From the NCBI GenBank assembly GCA_000320545.1, contig ADNK01002544.1:1-64000 (forward strand): 64,000 nt of DNA, in the 5' to 3' direction. Made by a program: the position numbers and the translations under genes. Under the pieces are notes generated by a model that saw nothing but the letters and a program-made list of their open reading frames with translations, was not told the origin of the DNA and ran no database searches. Below are positions 12,780 to 26,662 of this stretch, one piece after another. This DNA comes from Bigelowiella natans CCMP2755 (Eukaryota; Protista; Cercozoa). The stretch's first letter is position 1. Every line of letters starts with the position of its first letter.

Positions 12780-12842
<63 letters not shown>
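11870..12842. repeat. Three degenerate tandem units of ~360 bp, each containing a microsatellite
   Basis: ATGATAG(C/G)TAT.TTTTT...CTTTTTCTGCCTTTT...TA(C/TT)CTAGA.GTATATCTA recurs near 11916, 12273 and 12646, each followed by (TA)n and/or (TG)n. Confidence 0.8.
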
Positions 12843-12843
<1 letters not shown>

Positions 12844-12950
12844 CTGAAGCAGAAAAAGAGGCCAGAACTACTGCACGTACTGCACGACATCGACTACCGA
12901 AAACAGATGCTTTTAAATGCATGAAACATATAATAGAAGAGACAAAATAC
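12843..12950 (+). mobile_element. Short 3' fragment of the same LINE family that retains its TpA sites
   Basis: Aligns to ~3410-3515 (EKEARTxARTARHR...DAFKCMKH..EET) and directly follows a (TG)n tract. Confidence 0.85.
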
Positions 12951-13670
12951 GCGACTGAACACGTTTTCCACCATTGATCTGTGTCTGCTGAACTCCGTGT
13001 TCCATTGTCGTTGGGCTTGGGTGAGAGACTGGTTCCTCTTTTTTCTGTGTGGGCACATTGTTTCTGGGTCTTTTTTGCAAAGGTGAGCTCCATCCGCTCC
13101 TGTTCGTTCGAAAAATTTCATGCCCTCCAATGATCCATCTCTTCGGGTGATCGTCAAGTCTCCCTTTGATCCAGCTGGATCACCTTCAGACACCCAACAC
13201 AAGTCTCCAGTCGTGACACTGACTGCTGTTCCACATCTGCAAGCGAAAGACCTTCGCTTGAACGTCCAGTGCCTTTTTTGCTCCTCTTTGGTTGCAGGTT
13301 TGGTCACACAAAAATCGGCGCAGTCAGTCATCATGCTGCAGCACGATGCAGGACCATGGAGAATGATCCTGTCTTTGAACCTGTTTTCTTTCTTCACCTC
13401 ATTGTGTCTCACGACTGTGCCGAGTGTGCCCATCCCTGAAAGAGCTTTGTCAGCGCACGTTTGTCTGCAATGTCGCCACACAGCAGCTCCTTCTTCAGTC
13501 GTCGGATGTCTCCATGCAAAGTGTTGAGTCAACGTGCAATGTTCAATGCCCATCCCGTTCGGCTTTGCATGCCGAAAACACAAGTGCAAGAACTCATCCA
13601 TTGTCAACCCCACGATTGCCTTGAATGTGCCATGTCCACGTCTGAAGAAGTGACGCTTGAATGTCCTCAA
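12950..13670 (-). pseudogene. PIF/Harbinger (IS5-like, DDE_Tnp_4-type) transposase, 3'-truncated and hypermutated
   Basis: Motif series MTDCADF..KP, QKRHWTFK, GDLCWVS.GDPAGS..DLTI, GADGAH (ADxGY with Y>H), P.RK....LT..Q..WN..FS..R..VENVF. The frame runs into the LINE fragment just after the catalytic E. No Tyr occurs in the transposase part. Confidence 0.8.
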
Positions 13671-15143
13671 AACGTCAGTGTTTTGACACTCTGTGCAATT
13701 TCAAGGAAAAAAGTGACAATGACAAAAACAATGAACTGCAACAAAAATGACAATGAAAACACAAACAACAAAACAAAACAAAAAATTGAACAAGAACGAC
13801 CATTCATTTTTCCCCCAAAAAAATGAGTTTCCGAGCGCACAAAACGTGGAAGTGTCTCTGTGGTCGTCGGCACAGACCATTCTGGTGTGGCTTTGTGTTT
13901 GGCAACTGCGTGACCGACCTCCGTTGCAATGGGCGCACAGCCACGCGACCATGCCCGTTGCAATGTTTTCCAGCCACACAAAGTGACGCGTTGAAGATGT
14001 CCACACTGAAAGCACCTGAAAAAATGAGCAAGGTGCAAAGGCGCCAAAAACGATTTTTCAAAAGTTTCAAAAGGAACACTCAAAATGCCATGTCAAAGTC
14101 TCGTTTTGAAATTACAGAGAATCATGCCACGTTGTTGACAAGCGCACACTTGCATGTGCTGTGGACAAGCCGCTTGTGTGCATGCTTTGCACAGCATGCA
14201 TTAGCAATGTGCGCATTGCAAAAAGAGCTAATCACTTTGTTAAATCACGCGGTACAAAAAGGCCGGGCTGTGGACATGCAGCAAGCAAAACCTAGAAAAC
14301 GCGCATTGCTCATTGCTGTCATGGATGTAGACATCATTGCGCTGCGCTGCATGCGCTTTTGTGTGCACAGCTAGCACCGCATGTGCAAATAAATTGTTTC
14401 CTCAGCAGCGCTGCAAGGCATCTAGCAGCATGTACGCAATGCATTCTGCAAATTGCGGCTATGAAATCCATGCTAAGAATTTAAGCGTTTGTTTTGCATC
14501 ATGCGATGACATGTAAGCGCTGCGCCGCATGTCTAGATGTGATTACCACCGCAGCAAGCATGCTTTCAAATGCATGATCGAAAGACACACAATGCAAGCG
14601 ACTGTTAAACATGAGCGCGTGCGCTGCAGCATGTAATCGCTGCGCTGTTGTGCGATGGCTTTGCGCGCCAGGCATCGGATGACGCCATGCGCACATAGCA
14701 CATAACACACATAGATCGTATACATATAGTCACAGTATTTAGACATATTTGTAAATCCGATTTACATTTTACATTCATTTACATGTACACGACACTCTTT
14801 TGAACATGTACAATGTAGCATGTATGCAGCTAATGCATGCTTATCAGCGTCTTTTGTTACTCCAATAATGAGTCTTTTAATCACAGATTCAGAACGTGGG
14901 AAGTGGGCGCGGCGCGGAAACGTTGAGCGAAACAAGTGGGCGCGGAAAAGTTGAGCGAAACACCTTCCCTCCGAACACACGTGGGCAGTGTCAACAACTG
15001 CGCAATCGATCAGGCAAGTGCGCAAAACTCAAACGCGCTCAGCTCTCAGGTGTTTGCACTTCTCTGACCTCTCCAACCTTGACTCCAAGCCTCCGACCTG
15101 AACAAACTGGACCCAAACCAACCCCCGCAGAACGAAGTGGACT

Positions 15144-15830
15144 GTGGAAAACACGGAAGTGCTTCGAAAGGGGATTGCCATGGTTCCGGAGAATTGCCCA
15201 ACTCCTTGGAAGTGGATTGGCACCAACTCACTCAATGGAAAACTTGCGAGCGTCCAAGTGAGGAACAAAGCAACACGTTTGGATGTTGATCTGAAAAAAA
15301 GAAAGCAGCCAAAGTCTTCCGAGCACCCTCACAAACGATCCAGACCAAGCATTGAACCCCTCAAATCCTCAAAGGAGGAATTGAACAACGCGACAATGGA
15401 CTCGCGTTTGGATGACCTTGAAAAAATGTTGAACAATGGTCCCCAGCCTTTCAACTTGAAAGGAAGCGGGGGGACGTGGTTGATGTGGCAGAAAACACCA
15501 CCAATCAAGTGCCAATTTGTGATGGAGCCACTTCACAGCACGGTGGAGGTCAGAGCAACTTGCAAACCTCCAAAAATTGCAAAGGATTTGGGCAAATTCG
15601 GGAGAAAAGGGCAACAGGCCGGCGACACAAAAGACACATTGCGTTGCATCGATCGCCACTTCACCGGGAACGTGACACACAATTTCGCGACAACGGTGCC
15701 AGGTGACTTGCTCCTGACCTCTGCCACCTGTGCGAAAAATGACCATTGGGCAGGCGTGGATGTCCCATCAGTCACAAAAGAACAAACGATTCCAGGAGCG
15801 TCTGACGATGACGACGAACCAGACTTTTGA
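15144..15830 (+). pseudogene. Unknown 228-aa ORF inside the transposon block, possibly an accessory or cargo gene
   Basis: Protein-like composition with an acidic C-terminus (SDDDDEPDF) and no Tyr, oriented divergently from the transposase. No family recognised. Confidence 0.4.
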
Positions 15831-18735
15831 CAAACCCCTTCTCATCCCGTCATCCCCACGCGAATGAAGACTTCATTGCCTCGACCACCGCAGAGACAGA
15901 CGCCCACGTGTTTCCTGAACATTGAACAACCTGAGCTCGACACTGTGCACAAGGAACTGGTTGCATTGAAAGGTGATTTTTCTGTTCCTTCTTCGCGTGA
16001 GAGTGGTGATGACGAATGCGAACACTGTAACGGCGGAAAATTTTGGCAGAGACAGAAGCCGACACTGGGAGGATGCTCTCAGTGGTCGCAAACACGACGA
16101 TGATTGCGACCCACACGAGGCATCCGAGGACCACAAGAGCGGCGATTGCGACGACAGCAGCGCCACTCTCGGTTCCGCGGATTCTCTCTGCAGCTTGGCC
16201 TCTCGGCCCTCTGAATCTTCCTGTCGGCCCAGTGACGAGGAGAGTGTGATTTCCAACAACCGAAACGACAGCGGTTGTTGGGATGATTGCAGCAGCCAGA
16301 GGGCCCAGAGACCCACCCACAGAGAGAGAAAGGCTCTGGAGGCTGACGCAATTGACCTGATTTCATCGTCTGGATCATCGTCAGACGATGATGCCATTTT
16401 GTCATCCATGGGTTTCTGACAAAGCCCGCATCTGCACCACGAATCCTGATGCAACCATGTTGTGCACGTGCGTGAGCCAAACCTGCTGGCTGTGATGCAC
16501 TGCAGTGCACGCAGACGCGCGCGCGCCCGTCTGCCCGTCGTCTGGCCGTTGGAAAAGGATTGGCCGTCAGATCGGTGACAGTCGTCACAACTCGTGCTTC
16601 AATTGACACCCAATGGGCCCAATGCCGACTGACCGATTGCGCATGCACTTTGCCCCCTTCCCGCTCGATCAATTGTGAGCGTTGCGAATGGCACACGCTG
16701 GCACGCAACGCAAGCGCACAAAACGCAGCAAAGCGCTCGATGTCATCAGAGGCGAAGAGAAAGTGGCACGAATGTGAGGCACGCAGAAGCCACTTTGTGT
16801 CAAAACAAAAGTGCGAGATGGCTGGCCAGGTGCGCTGTCGTGAGGTGACAATGCGGTGAAATGAGCACATGCATGCTTCCCGCGCCCATCAAACCGACGT
16901 GCAATGATCAAAGGTCAACATCAACGACACATTGCGCCCTTTTGGCGCTGGAACGCGTGATTTGACAATGCCCATTGAAAACAAAACACTCAAACCCTGA
17001 TGATGAAAATGCATTGTGAGGAGCTTGAGCATGCATGCCAAAACAAGCTCCCAAGAGGACATTGCCGCTCGCACGCGGGTCTTTCAACTTCACCGCTCGC
17101 ACGCGGGTCTTTTGACTTTTGAGTGTGCGTTTCACTTTGCTTCAACTAGCTTGGTTGAACACATCACATCACGCCATTTTTGGATTGAAAAAACAACATT
17201 TTTTCCCAACATCATTTCGCTGACTTGTGCTGCAAAAGTTCCCTTTTGCAACCCAACTTTTTCCATGTCGCACTGGCCCAAGCGGGGCCAAAATGCCAAA
17301 ACTTGCCAACTGCTTTCGCACTGGCCCAAGCGGGGCCAAAATGCCAAACTTACCAACTCATTTTGTCCCCCCAGCATGATCTGACACACTGCTGCCAAAA
17401 CCAAACTACATCACAAATGCAAGCACACGCTTGGTGGTCATGACCGACCACACTGGTGGCAGCTGGAGTGGCCCAGATTGCCCAACATGAATGACGAAAA
17501 TTGCACTCTTCAGATTTGGGGTGAAATCAAAAAAAATTCCCTGGCTGACGCCGGCTAGCCGGGGCAAAACCGACGAACATGACACGGATCAAAAACCGGG
17601 GACTGAAACCCCCTTGCTAGCTTGCACCAGCTAGCCATGATGGACATGTAATGTGTTGTGCACATTGTGCATGCACCACATTGCTGTGTTGGAGTCCATT
17701 GTGAGCATTGCTGTGTCCATCACAGCCAGCTAACAGCTCACGCTAGCATGTGCAACTGCAAAATTGTGCAATGAACTCCAGAACTCAGCAGGTTAGCAAG
17801 GCACACATGTCCTCAAATGTCAAATGCGTTGCGATTGCATGCTCTCAAACAAATTAGTCATCACAAATGGTGCTGATCCAGCTGGTGGACAGTGGACACA
17901 TGCAAAACGAGGCAGTGCACATCAGATGCCTTTTATTCCATTGGTCGGAGCATTGTACGTGCAGATGTGCTTGTCGCATGTGACCCAGATCTCTCGTGGT
18001 GGTGCCTGGCTCATGCTTTGCGATCATGCAACAACGAGACACCAATGGTCAAAGTTCATTTGCAGAGTTTTAATTTCATCCACAATTAAATTATAAAGAT
18101 CATTTTGTGCTAGCATTTTACATTGGGTATGTTGTCTTATTCGTTTTGGGCACTTCTTTCGTCGTCGTCGTTTTAATTGTTCCCGTTCTCATCATCATCT
18201 CCAAGACCACCAGGAAGAATTGACCTACGGCAACAACGTAAGCATAGCATACAGGCACTTTAGAACTTGTACAGCACTGGACTTTGCCGCTTCTGCTAGG
18301 AGATAAAACTACGGATGCATGGCACAATAGAACAGTACGTACTACCTCAGGATTAAATGCAAAAAGGGTAATAAACACAGAAGAAAACATGACAACTGTA
18401 GATCATCTTTATGGCTGGAGCAATGAAACTATACGACAAAAGTACGGGATAATGATGATAACAATAATGATAAAAATTAGCAATGCTATATATGAGTTAT
18501 GGCAGTATTAACGACAGCAGTAACCTATCAATCCCCCGTGCTTTTTCTTCTTTCATCTATTAAAAACAAGGACAAAGACAACTCATACCACAATTCTCCC
18601 CTTTGTTATTTTCGTCCCTCATATGATCATCATAATCATCATTATTTATCATATCAGTGATGATGAATAAAGCAATTGGCTAGCAAGAAGTACCAATAAC
18701 TATTACAACATAACAGATGAATCGATGCATACAAC

Positions 18736-19700
18736 CTGCTCAATCCACTCGTCCGGTACTTTCCTAATAGTGATAACATCATAAAAATACAACAAAAGAA
18801 TCATACATGAATATCATTGCTTTCTAACCCTCTCTGCTAAAATTGCTACAACTACTACAACTACTGTAGCATCAATTGTAATGGAATAGATGAATTGTGC
18901 TAATATACTATTCCAAATCATTTACAACAGCAGATCTACATGCAACTGTGCTACTGATAAGGACGTATTATTATTACTATTATCATTATTTATTACCCAC
19001 ATACAGAGTCTTTGAGCCTACCGACTATGGGGTATTTGTGCAAGAACATGCGTATCCACTGCAAAAACACGATACAACACAAACACAGAACAACCGCATA
19101 GACCCTCATCATTTTGGTACCGACCGAGCGATTACGAATACATTTTAAATGCACATTCCTTTGAAAAGCAGCATCATCTTTATCTTCACTACTACTATTA
19201 CTATTACTATTACTATTACTACTACTACTACCTGATCTAACGTCTCTGTCTCATAGTCATTGAAGTCCTTGATATCTCTCCTATCACAGTCCTTATCAAT
19301 AGTATTAGTATACGTTATAATTTGCGTTATGTTTTGTTATCTGCGGGTTTGTGAATGGATATGGTACATGCAGTTGCTTCGGAGTATAAAAGAAATATCG
19401 TGCAGCATTGCCTCAAATAGTATTAATCGTCTCCTCATAGGAAGACAAGAAAAGGAAAGATATGTAATAATACGAGTTGAGCTATGGGTATGGTTTTGTT
19501 CTCCCAGTTTAGTATGGATATAATCAAACATCTAGGGCACGCATGCGTGATGATGATTATGAAGATTCTCAAATCACTATACTCGCTTTTTCATTTTTTG
19601 CTTGAGTGTGTAAATCTCATTATTTCGACATAAGATTCTGCTGCTGTACTTACTTCATCATCCAATGACATTTTCCCAAGACCACGTGATGCGTCTCGTC

Positions 19701-19740
<40 letters not shown>

Positions 19741-21256
19741 CGAAACTAGGTATTGGGCGCTGGTGTTGTCTGCATTGTGTGAATAATGTATGTCGAGTGT
19801 ACTACATCAAAGCATATGTATATTGTTTGTTAGCGTGTTGGGATGTGTTTATTATCTGTGTGTCTGTGTGGTGCCTACTACCTCCAAATACACCGTATCC
19901 TTTGCAGTGGTAGGAGTAGTTGTAGAAATAGTATCACCAAAGTAATAAACAACAATAAAACAACAATACATGAAATACGTAATGAAGAAGGAGGAGAAGC
20001 GATAAGGGAGAGAAGGGAACCCAACAGAAATGGATGATGGCAAAGAGATTACCAATCCTAATATCGTACTGCCCTTACTTATTCATTCAGAAATATAATT
20101 CTTATTTATAATATTTTGATGTATGGTTGCGCTTCAAATTGCGGCAGGTGCTACTACCTCCATCAGGCCCATAGCTGTCAGGATTAGTGGATACATCGAA
20201 TATTATATCCCTGTAGTAGGTATATAATAGGCAGCAGAAGGAAGACTCATGAAGAAGAAGATGGTAATAACGACTTAAAATTATATCATTGTAGCTAGGA
20301 ACACACACTCTCTCACACACACACACACCCTTGTAGTCGATATAACAAAAATATCAATAAATACACGTATGAATATGTATATGTCTTTGACAATGTAGAA
20401 TATGTTTACTAACTTACAGATACGTTAAGTAGGAATGACTCTATTTATACATGTGCGATGTATTTATACATTTGTGTGTGTGTGCGTGTGTGTGTGTTTT
20501 TGAACGCTGGATGCTGTGATAAAAAAAGTTGAGCGTATTTATATCTAAGCAGCAAGCACCTTGTTGCAAGAAAAATAGGCTGATCGTTCTCCCCATTATA
20601 CTGACGTAGTTCTTTCGAGGACATGTCACGGTAGAGTTTCTTCCTCTCCTAATGGACATAAGTAGCATATAATCGTTATGATCATGAAAATAGGTGTTGG
20701 TAAAAGCTAAGTTGTCTTTCTATATGATGTTCCGTGTGACGAGGGCCAACATAAATCATAGCACGTCACCTCACCATGAAAAAAATTTCATAACTTCGCT
20801 CCAACCTCTGCTCTTAGCGTTTGCCTTTTGATCTCCATCTCAATTCGCTCGTCCTCAGCCTTCTCCTGAGAAGTTTGTACATCAACAACGATTACGATTA
20901 TAAGTAATCATTAGTCCCTAAGGATTGCTCCTAAAGACAAATAACGTCAATAACTACTAAGACCCTCCTTTAATACACGGCACAAACGAAATCTTCGAAA
21001 GGTGCTCTCCTTAGATCCCCAATTTATACTGATGAATCGTCATCATCATAATCAGCGTTTAACAACCTGTAGGTAGGACTTATACCAATTGTAGACAACA
21101 AGAAGCGCCGCTGTCGCTAGCAGAGCCCTGCAAACGTATGGTATAGAGGGTAGGAAGGACGCGAATCACATTGCAAAATAGTCTGTGACTGCAAATCAAC
21201 ATACAAAAGGCCATGGAGTTGTTGTGGTGATTGGGCTACCAGGTGACTGGATCCAT
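18736..21256 (-). CDS. MAPR/PGRMC-like cytochrome b5 heme/steroid-binding membrane protein (many micro-exons; 3' end not resolved)
   Basis: Manual splicing from ATG 21256 gives MDPVTW-ALLATAALLVVYNW (TM)-LLNADYDDDSS-EKAEDER...-MSSKELRQYNGENDQPIFLATR (20560-20650)-DIIFDVSTNPDSYGPDG (20157-20210)-GYGVFG-GRDASRGLGKMSLDDE (19655-19700)-...TETLDQ-WIRMFLHKYPIVGRL (19005-19060). This matches the MAPR consensus. Confidence 0.9.
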
Positions 21257-21641
21257 TTTATTGGAAGTTTCGATTTTAAGACCTTATACTTTGTTTTCGA
21301 AAAGGAATAAGTCCTTCTTGACCCTAGAATTTACTGTATGCGACATCACATTTGCTGAATAAAGCCTGAAAGTTGCAGTAATATATGTCTACGTCGATGC
21401 ATGATTTAGATCGTTGATGTAGATTGTCGGGCATCGAAGAAACATCCAACAGCATTTTCTCAAAATGGATTATTAGACTTAAACGAAGAAGGCTACGAAT
21501 CAAAGCAATATTAGACCTAAAATTACCCCAGAAACATCTTAGTGATAGAGATTGTTTAATCATATTCTATTGTAATATTAGGCCTAAAATTAGGCCAGAA
21601 ACATCTAAATACTGAGAATTATTTATTCAGATTTAACGAGC

Positions 21642-23905
21642 ATGGAAAGGAATGGAGGCCGCTTCCGGCCCCTGATAGGGTTCTACATATTTCCTGCCCC
21701 TCCTACCGATTTGAAGGTTAGGATGGCAATGACAATTCTAATTGTAATACATAGGCTGGGCCTTGGTTTATCGACGGTGGTTTTTCTCTCTACTACCACC
21801 ACTACTACTACTACTACATGGCGGCACCACCGCCCTCCCCAAAATTTGAGGCTTTGGATTCATAAGAGGAGGGGGATTCCAACCGGTAGTCTCATTGAAG
21901 GTACGTTCCGTCCTGCTCTTTTTTTCTAATACTGTGAGTTTGTGTTTTTAAGTTTGCTGCCATTGTGTTCGTGTCCCATCCAATACTGTGAGTTTGTGTT
22001 TTTAAGTTTGCTGCCATTGTGTTCGTGTCCCATCCACGTTTTTACTCTTTCTATGGCTTATCTATATCCAACTCGCATGCATAGTTATTAGTACTCTAGC
22101 TCGTAAGCTTCTGGTATTCCTAACCTATATGCTATATAATTATCACATTCATAGCTGGTGAGCCGCCACCATTCAAAGGCCCGCCAAAGACATGGGTATT
22201 TGACCTCTCGCCTCCCTCCGCTGATAATATCAACAAACACTTCTTATCTGCTGATTCAAATTTTGGCAAGTGTTTTTGCATCAGGGTTGAGGTGTGCGTG
22301 ATTTATTTTTCCATGATCCTGCCTAGAACACTTAAATGCTTAATGATAATTCCTTGGATGTTGTTGTTACCTCTTAGGACAACCTCGTGCAAGATGTATA
22401 CAGGATGAGAACTCTTACGGTTGTAGCTGCGTATGTAGCACCTAATAATACTGCAATTTAAGCGCAATTAGGGAGCTGTGCAAAACAGTGTTATGATTCA
22501 CGTATAGAACTAGCCTCTGGGCAGAGTAAGAAATGATGCTATCTACTAAAGCATTCAGATATAGCGGTGCTTAATGATAATTGTAATTCAGTATCGTGTA
22601 TTACCTATACCTCAAGGAAATACACCAAAGTGGCTTTCAAATGGACAACGCCAGTCTCGAAATCATGAAACATGTACGTATTTATCTATGGCAATTCGAT
22701 ATTGGTTCTAACATTATAAAAACGACTCATCAATACACCCATTTATGTTCTCAGGAAGAGAGAATAATGCGAGATAAAGGACCAATGTGAGCAAGATATT
22801 CATCGAATAATTAAACACATTGTTGTTTCTACTGATGCGGTAGGTTAGATGCTGCTATTTGTTGGTATGGTGATAACAGGGAGAAGCTGAAGGAGCAATA
22901 TTGGGAGAAATTGAAGAAGATAAATCCAGAAGGTACATCGCATACAAGCAACATCGTGATGATGATTTGTTACCATTCATTCCAAAAGTTCTCTTCAAAA
23001 TTTAGAAGTGCTAGGACTATTAGAATAGCGCATCGATGATATTACCTTCTGCATGATCTTATTGCTTGCAGAGTCATAACATAACATACATATATCATCA
23101 TCTATCTCTGGCATCATCATCATCATCATCATATAGTGGGGGACCTGGAAAAGAGGATAGACAGGGAGGCTCACAGAATCATGGCTCGTAAAGCGGCTGC
23201 ATACTCTCCATTGGCCGACGATCAAGACCCACTTAGTAACAATAGCAGCAGCAATTCTATGATGCCAACAGAGCGATCTTTGGAGGCTAAGATGAAGAAC
23301 CTTATTCATAGGTTCAGAGAACATCATTTCGTTTGATTCTTCTTTGCTGTAACAATGATGATTATTGGAAGTACGATATTGTGTTACAACCTCCCTCATA
23401 TGCACCAGAGCCAACTGCTCCATACAGCTGCACATAATACTTCTTCCACACTGATATGATGATAGAATAATATAAACCTGTACTGGTAGATGCTATTTAT
23501 CATCAGCATTTCAGAAATTAAGAATTAGTTTATAGCCCATTGCTTCTACCCTATTCTAATAGCATTCTCATCGTCATCAGCACCGCTGCCATTTCAGTCA
23601 CTCCTAGCATAAAAATCGCACTATTTATTACTATTATGCCTTTTAGGTTAGCTATTGAAGAAATGAGGTTTTTGAAGATGCTCAATGCCACGTCTTCTCT
23701 GAACACCATCGACGATATTGCTGCTATGATTCGGTTGTATTATTTAGCTAAGTCCTTTACCGTTTCAACAGCATATATTGGTACAACAATATGTATTTGA
23801 TTGTGTGTGTGTGTGGGTTTCTACTTTAGTTTCTTACTCCTAGAAAACATGAAGAAATCGTCCATTGTTGATGTACTACACTTATTAATATATTTTTGTT
23901 TCCTT

Positions 23906-23940
<35 letters not shown>

Positions 23941-26088
23941 TCTCAGGAAACACAATCCAGATGCGAATATCACTGATAATGTACGTAAGAATGTAGTCAA
24001 TCATAAGAACAAAATACCACGTATTTGAGATGATGATGATGATGATGATGCTTTTAAAGCATGTTGTATAAAAAAACAAGTTGTACACATTGCTAGTCTA
24101 TTATTTTCTTATGTCTGTTTGTAACATATTTATCAACTTGCTCCTATTCTTTGATGTGTTTCTAAAGGACATATTTGGTTTATATCAACGTGGGTACGAA
24201 GACTTGATCATGGTAACACATTATTATTCTCTTGTAACTAGCAAATCATAGGTGCAGAAGTGTTTATCTCCCCATCATCCCTCCCCACTTTTATAACATG
24301 AGATTATCACCACCACCACAATTATCGTCATCATAATCATCATCATCACCACAATATTGAAACATAATATTGTCATTGTCATTAGACATCTGATGACCCC
24401 AAAAGCTTGGTTAAGAGAGCACGTGCAACGTTAGATTCTACCTATCATCAGACAAATGTCTTTAAGGTGATGATGCTGACGACTTTCTGTTAATGAATGA
24501 ATGAATGAATGAATGAATGTGTGTGTGTTTGTCTGTGGGGTTAGTGTGTTTGCTGATATAGCATTTGTGTTATATCACTCGATGTCCTACTAAGCAATGC
24601 AGTGGGTGGTGTTGTGGGGGGGGAAAGAGAAAGGAGTCAAGATTTACCATCGAGGAGGAGGAGGAGGAGGAGGAGGAGGAGGGGGGGGATCAAGGATTTA
24701 TCCATATTTCGCTAAGAGCGCTTTTGTGCTAACAAATCAAATAACCTGATTGTCTTCAATAAATTATTAGCACATCGATGCAGTTAATGAAGAACGTTTG
24801 AATGAAATGGGGATAATGGAACCTCTACCACCATCATTATCATCACTATCATCACAGAATAATACTACTGAGAATAAGAGGTAGTAACAGCAGAGACGAC
24901 GCATAGAGAGTAATATGCATAATAGTACAATGCTGTTAGCACCGCGATTTATGAAGTGATATTTTTTTATCTAGCTAGTAACGAAGAATAAATAAAATAA
25001 TAAAAAAGGCCTGGTAGTATGAGTATATGCATTTCTCAATTATTTATTTGAATATGGCAATAGCATCGGTCGTGTTTCAATAATTGTATACTTTCTCATC
25101 AATTCATCGTGATTCTAGGAATGAAACCAGGGGATTGCGTTTTGATGATTTCGAGAAGAGATTCTCACGATATTCCAAGAAGTAAGTAGGTTTTTTGACG
25201 AATAATTTGTATTGCACATACAAGTCTTTCATATTCATATGTAACGCATCGAATTATATTATCGAGACGCTGTAACCAGATGGTGTACGAGTCTATTTCT
25301 ACTTGTAAAATCATCATTTATTCATCTTTCTTCTTTTTATCTTGAGGTTACTATGTTGATTGATATCTTTAATACTGTCAGCTTTCCTTCATTTGGGGTT
25401 GTGGAGAGAATTGCCGGAAAAGAATCATCAAGTCATTCGAAATTAACGTTGATGATGATGTTTCTTGGGCATGAGTGAAAGAAACACTCAACATACTACT
25501 CTCTATTGATACACATAGTTGTTGATGGATTAAGAAGAAACACTCAACACTCAACATACTACTCTCTATTGATACACATAGTTGTTGATGGATTAAGAAG
25601 AAACACTCAACACAAATTCTACCAATACCGACTTGTTTGCGTTGTTCTTATTGATATATCTACTGGTGGTTGGTTTGGTGGTCAATCTGGTTATTGATAA
25701 TAGGCGGGTTACGTGGAACAAAGGATGGGATAGGTACCAACAAACACACGCACTATTACTATGATTCTTTTGTTTATCTTGACAGTTTCATGATCCTGTC
25801 TTTATAATGTGGTGGTTTGTTGTAAGGCAAAAACCTAATAATATCATTCATTGATTCATTATATCTCATCATCAAAAGGGTCCAAAGCAAGATTCCACAG
25901 TCCTTATGGTATAGCACTCTTCTCCAGGGAGGGAGAGGGGGGTGATGCTGCTAACGATGTGCAAAATGAGGACCTTGGAATAATGCTACTGACTGACAAC
26001 GCTGCACAAGTTATAAGGCGTATCGAAAAGGTGATGTTTCCCAGCAGCACCCTGCCTCCTAATCATATAGTTAAAGGAAAGAAAAGAG

Positions 26089-26136
<48 letters not shown>

Positions 26137-26625
26137 AGAGAGAGGGTTAAAATCTGTATATCCACCACTGATTTTACAAAAAATACATATTCTCTCACAA
26201 AGAAGGAAGGGAATCATGATCCAATCAACGTTTGACTGACGAATGTTGTTTTATAGTTGTGCACTATGCTAGCCTACACACACACATATTCATAAATTCT
26301 GTGATAAACCTTGCATAGTACTGTCCTTCAATGTTCATCAGCCTAAAAATAGTAAACTCACTTGTCGCATTTTGTCTTGTGTTACTCTGTGTGTGCTGAC
26401 GACCATTATTAGGATGGGATTGTTACTACATTAGCAGGAAGGAGAACAAAGAAAGGAGGGGGGTAGGATCATCATTCTCTTCAAACATTTCATCTACATT
26501 AGCATAGTAACATGCTAATAATTCATTGGTAATGTTATGTGTGCAGATATCGAGATGGACCGTTTTCTAACGCATTGTTTGGCGGTCTTAGTGGCATAAC
26601 AAGAGGAAGGTGCTAATTCTCATGA

Positions 26626-26662
<37 letters not shown>

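Larger units (their letters stand above)
12950..17620. mobile_element. Probable composite DNA transposon remnant: transposase, divergent unknown ORFs and subterminal repeats
   Basis: Largely TpA-depleted block. Short tandem duplications at ~14903-14962, 17065-17112 and 17268-17358. The left end is lost at the LINE fragment and the right end is approximate. Confidence 0.5.

Noticed and set aside
13120-17443. Dense overlapping ORFs in all six frames (also 1.1-3.5 kb, 58.2-59.5 kb, 62.6-64 kb)
   Set aside because: Expected once TAA and TAG are eliminated by TpA loss; not evidence of overlapping genes.
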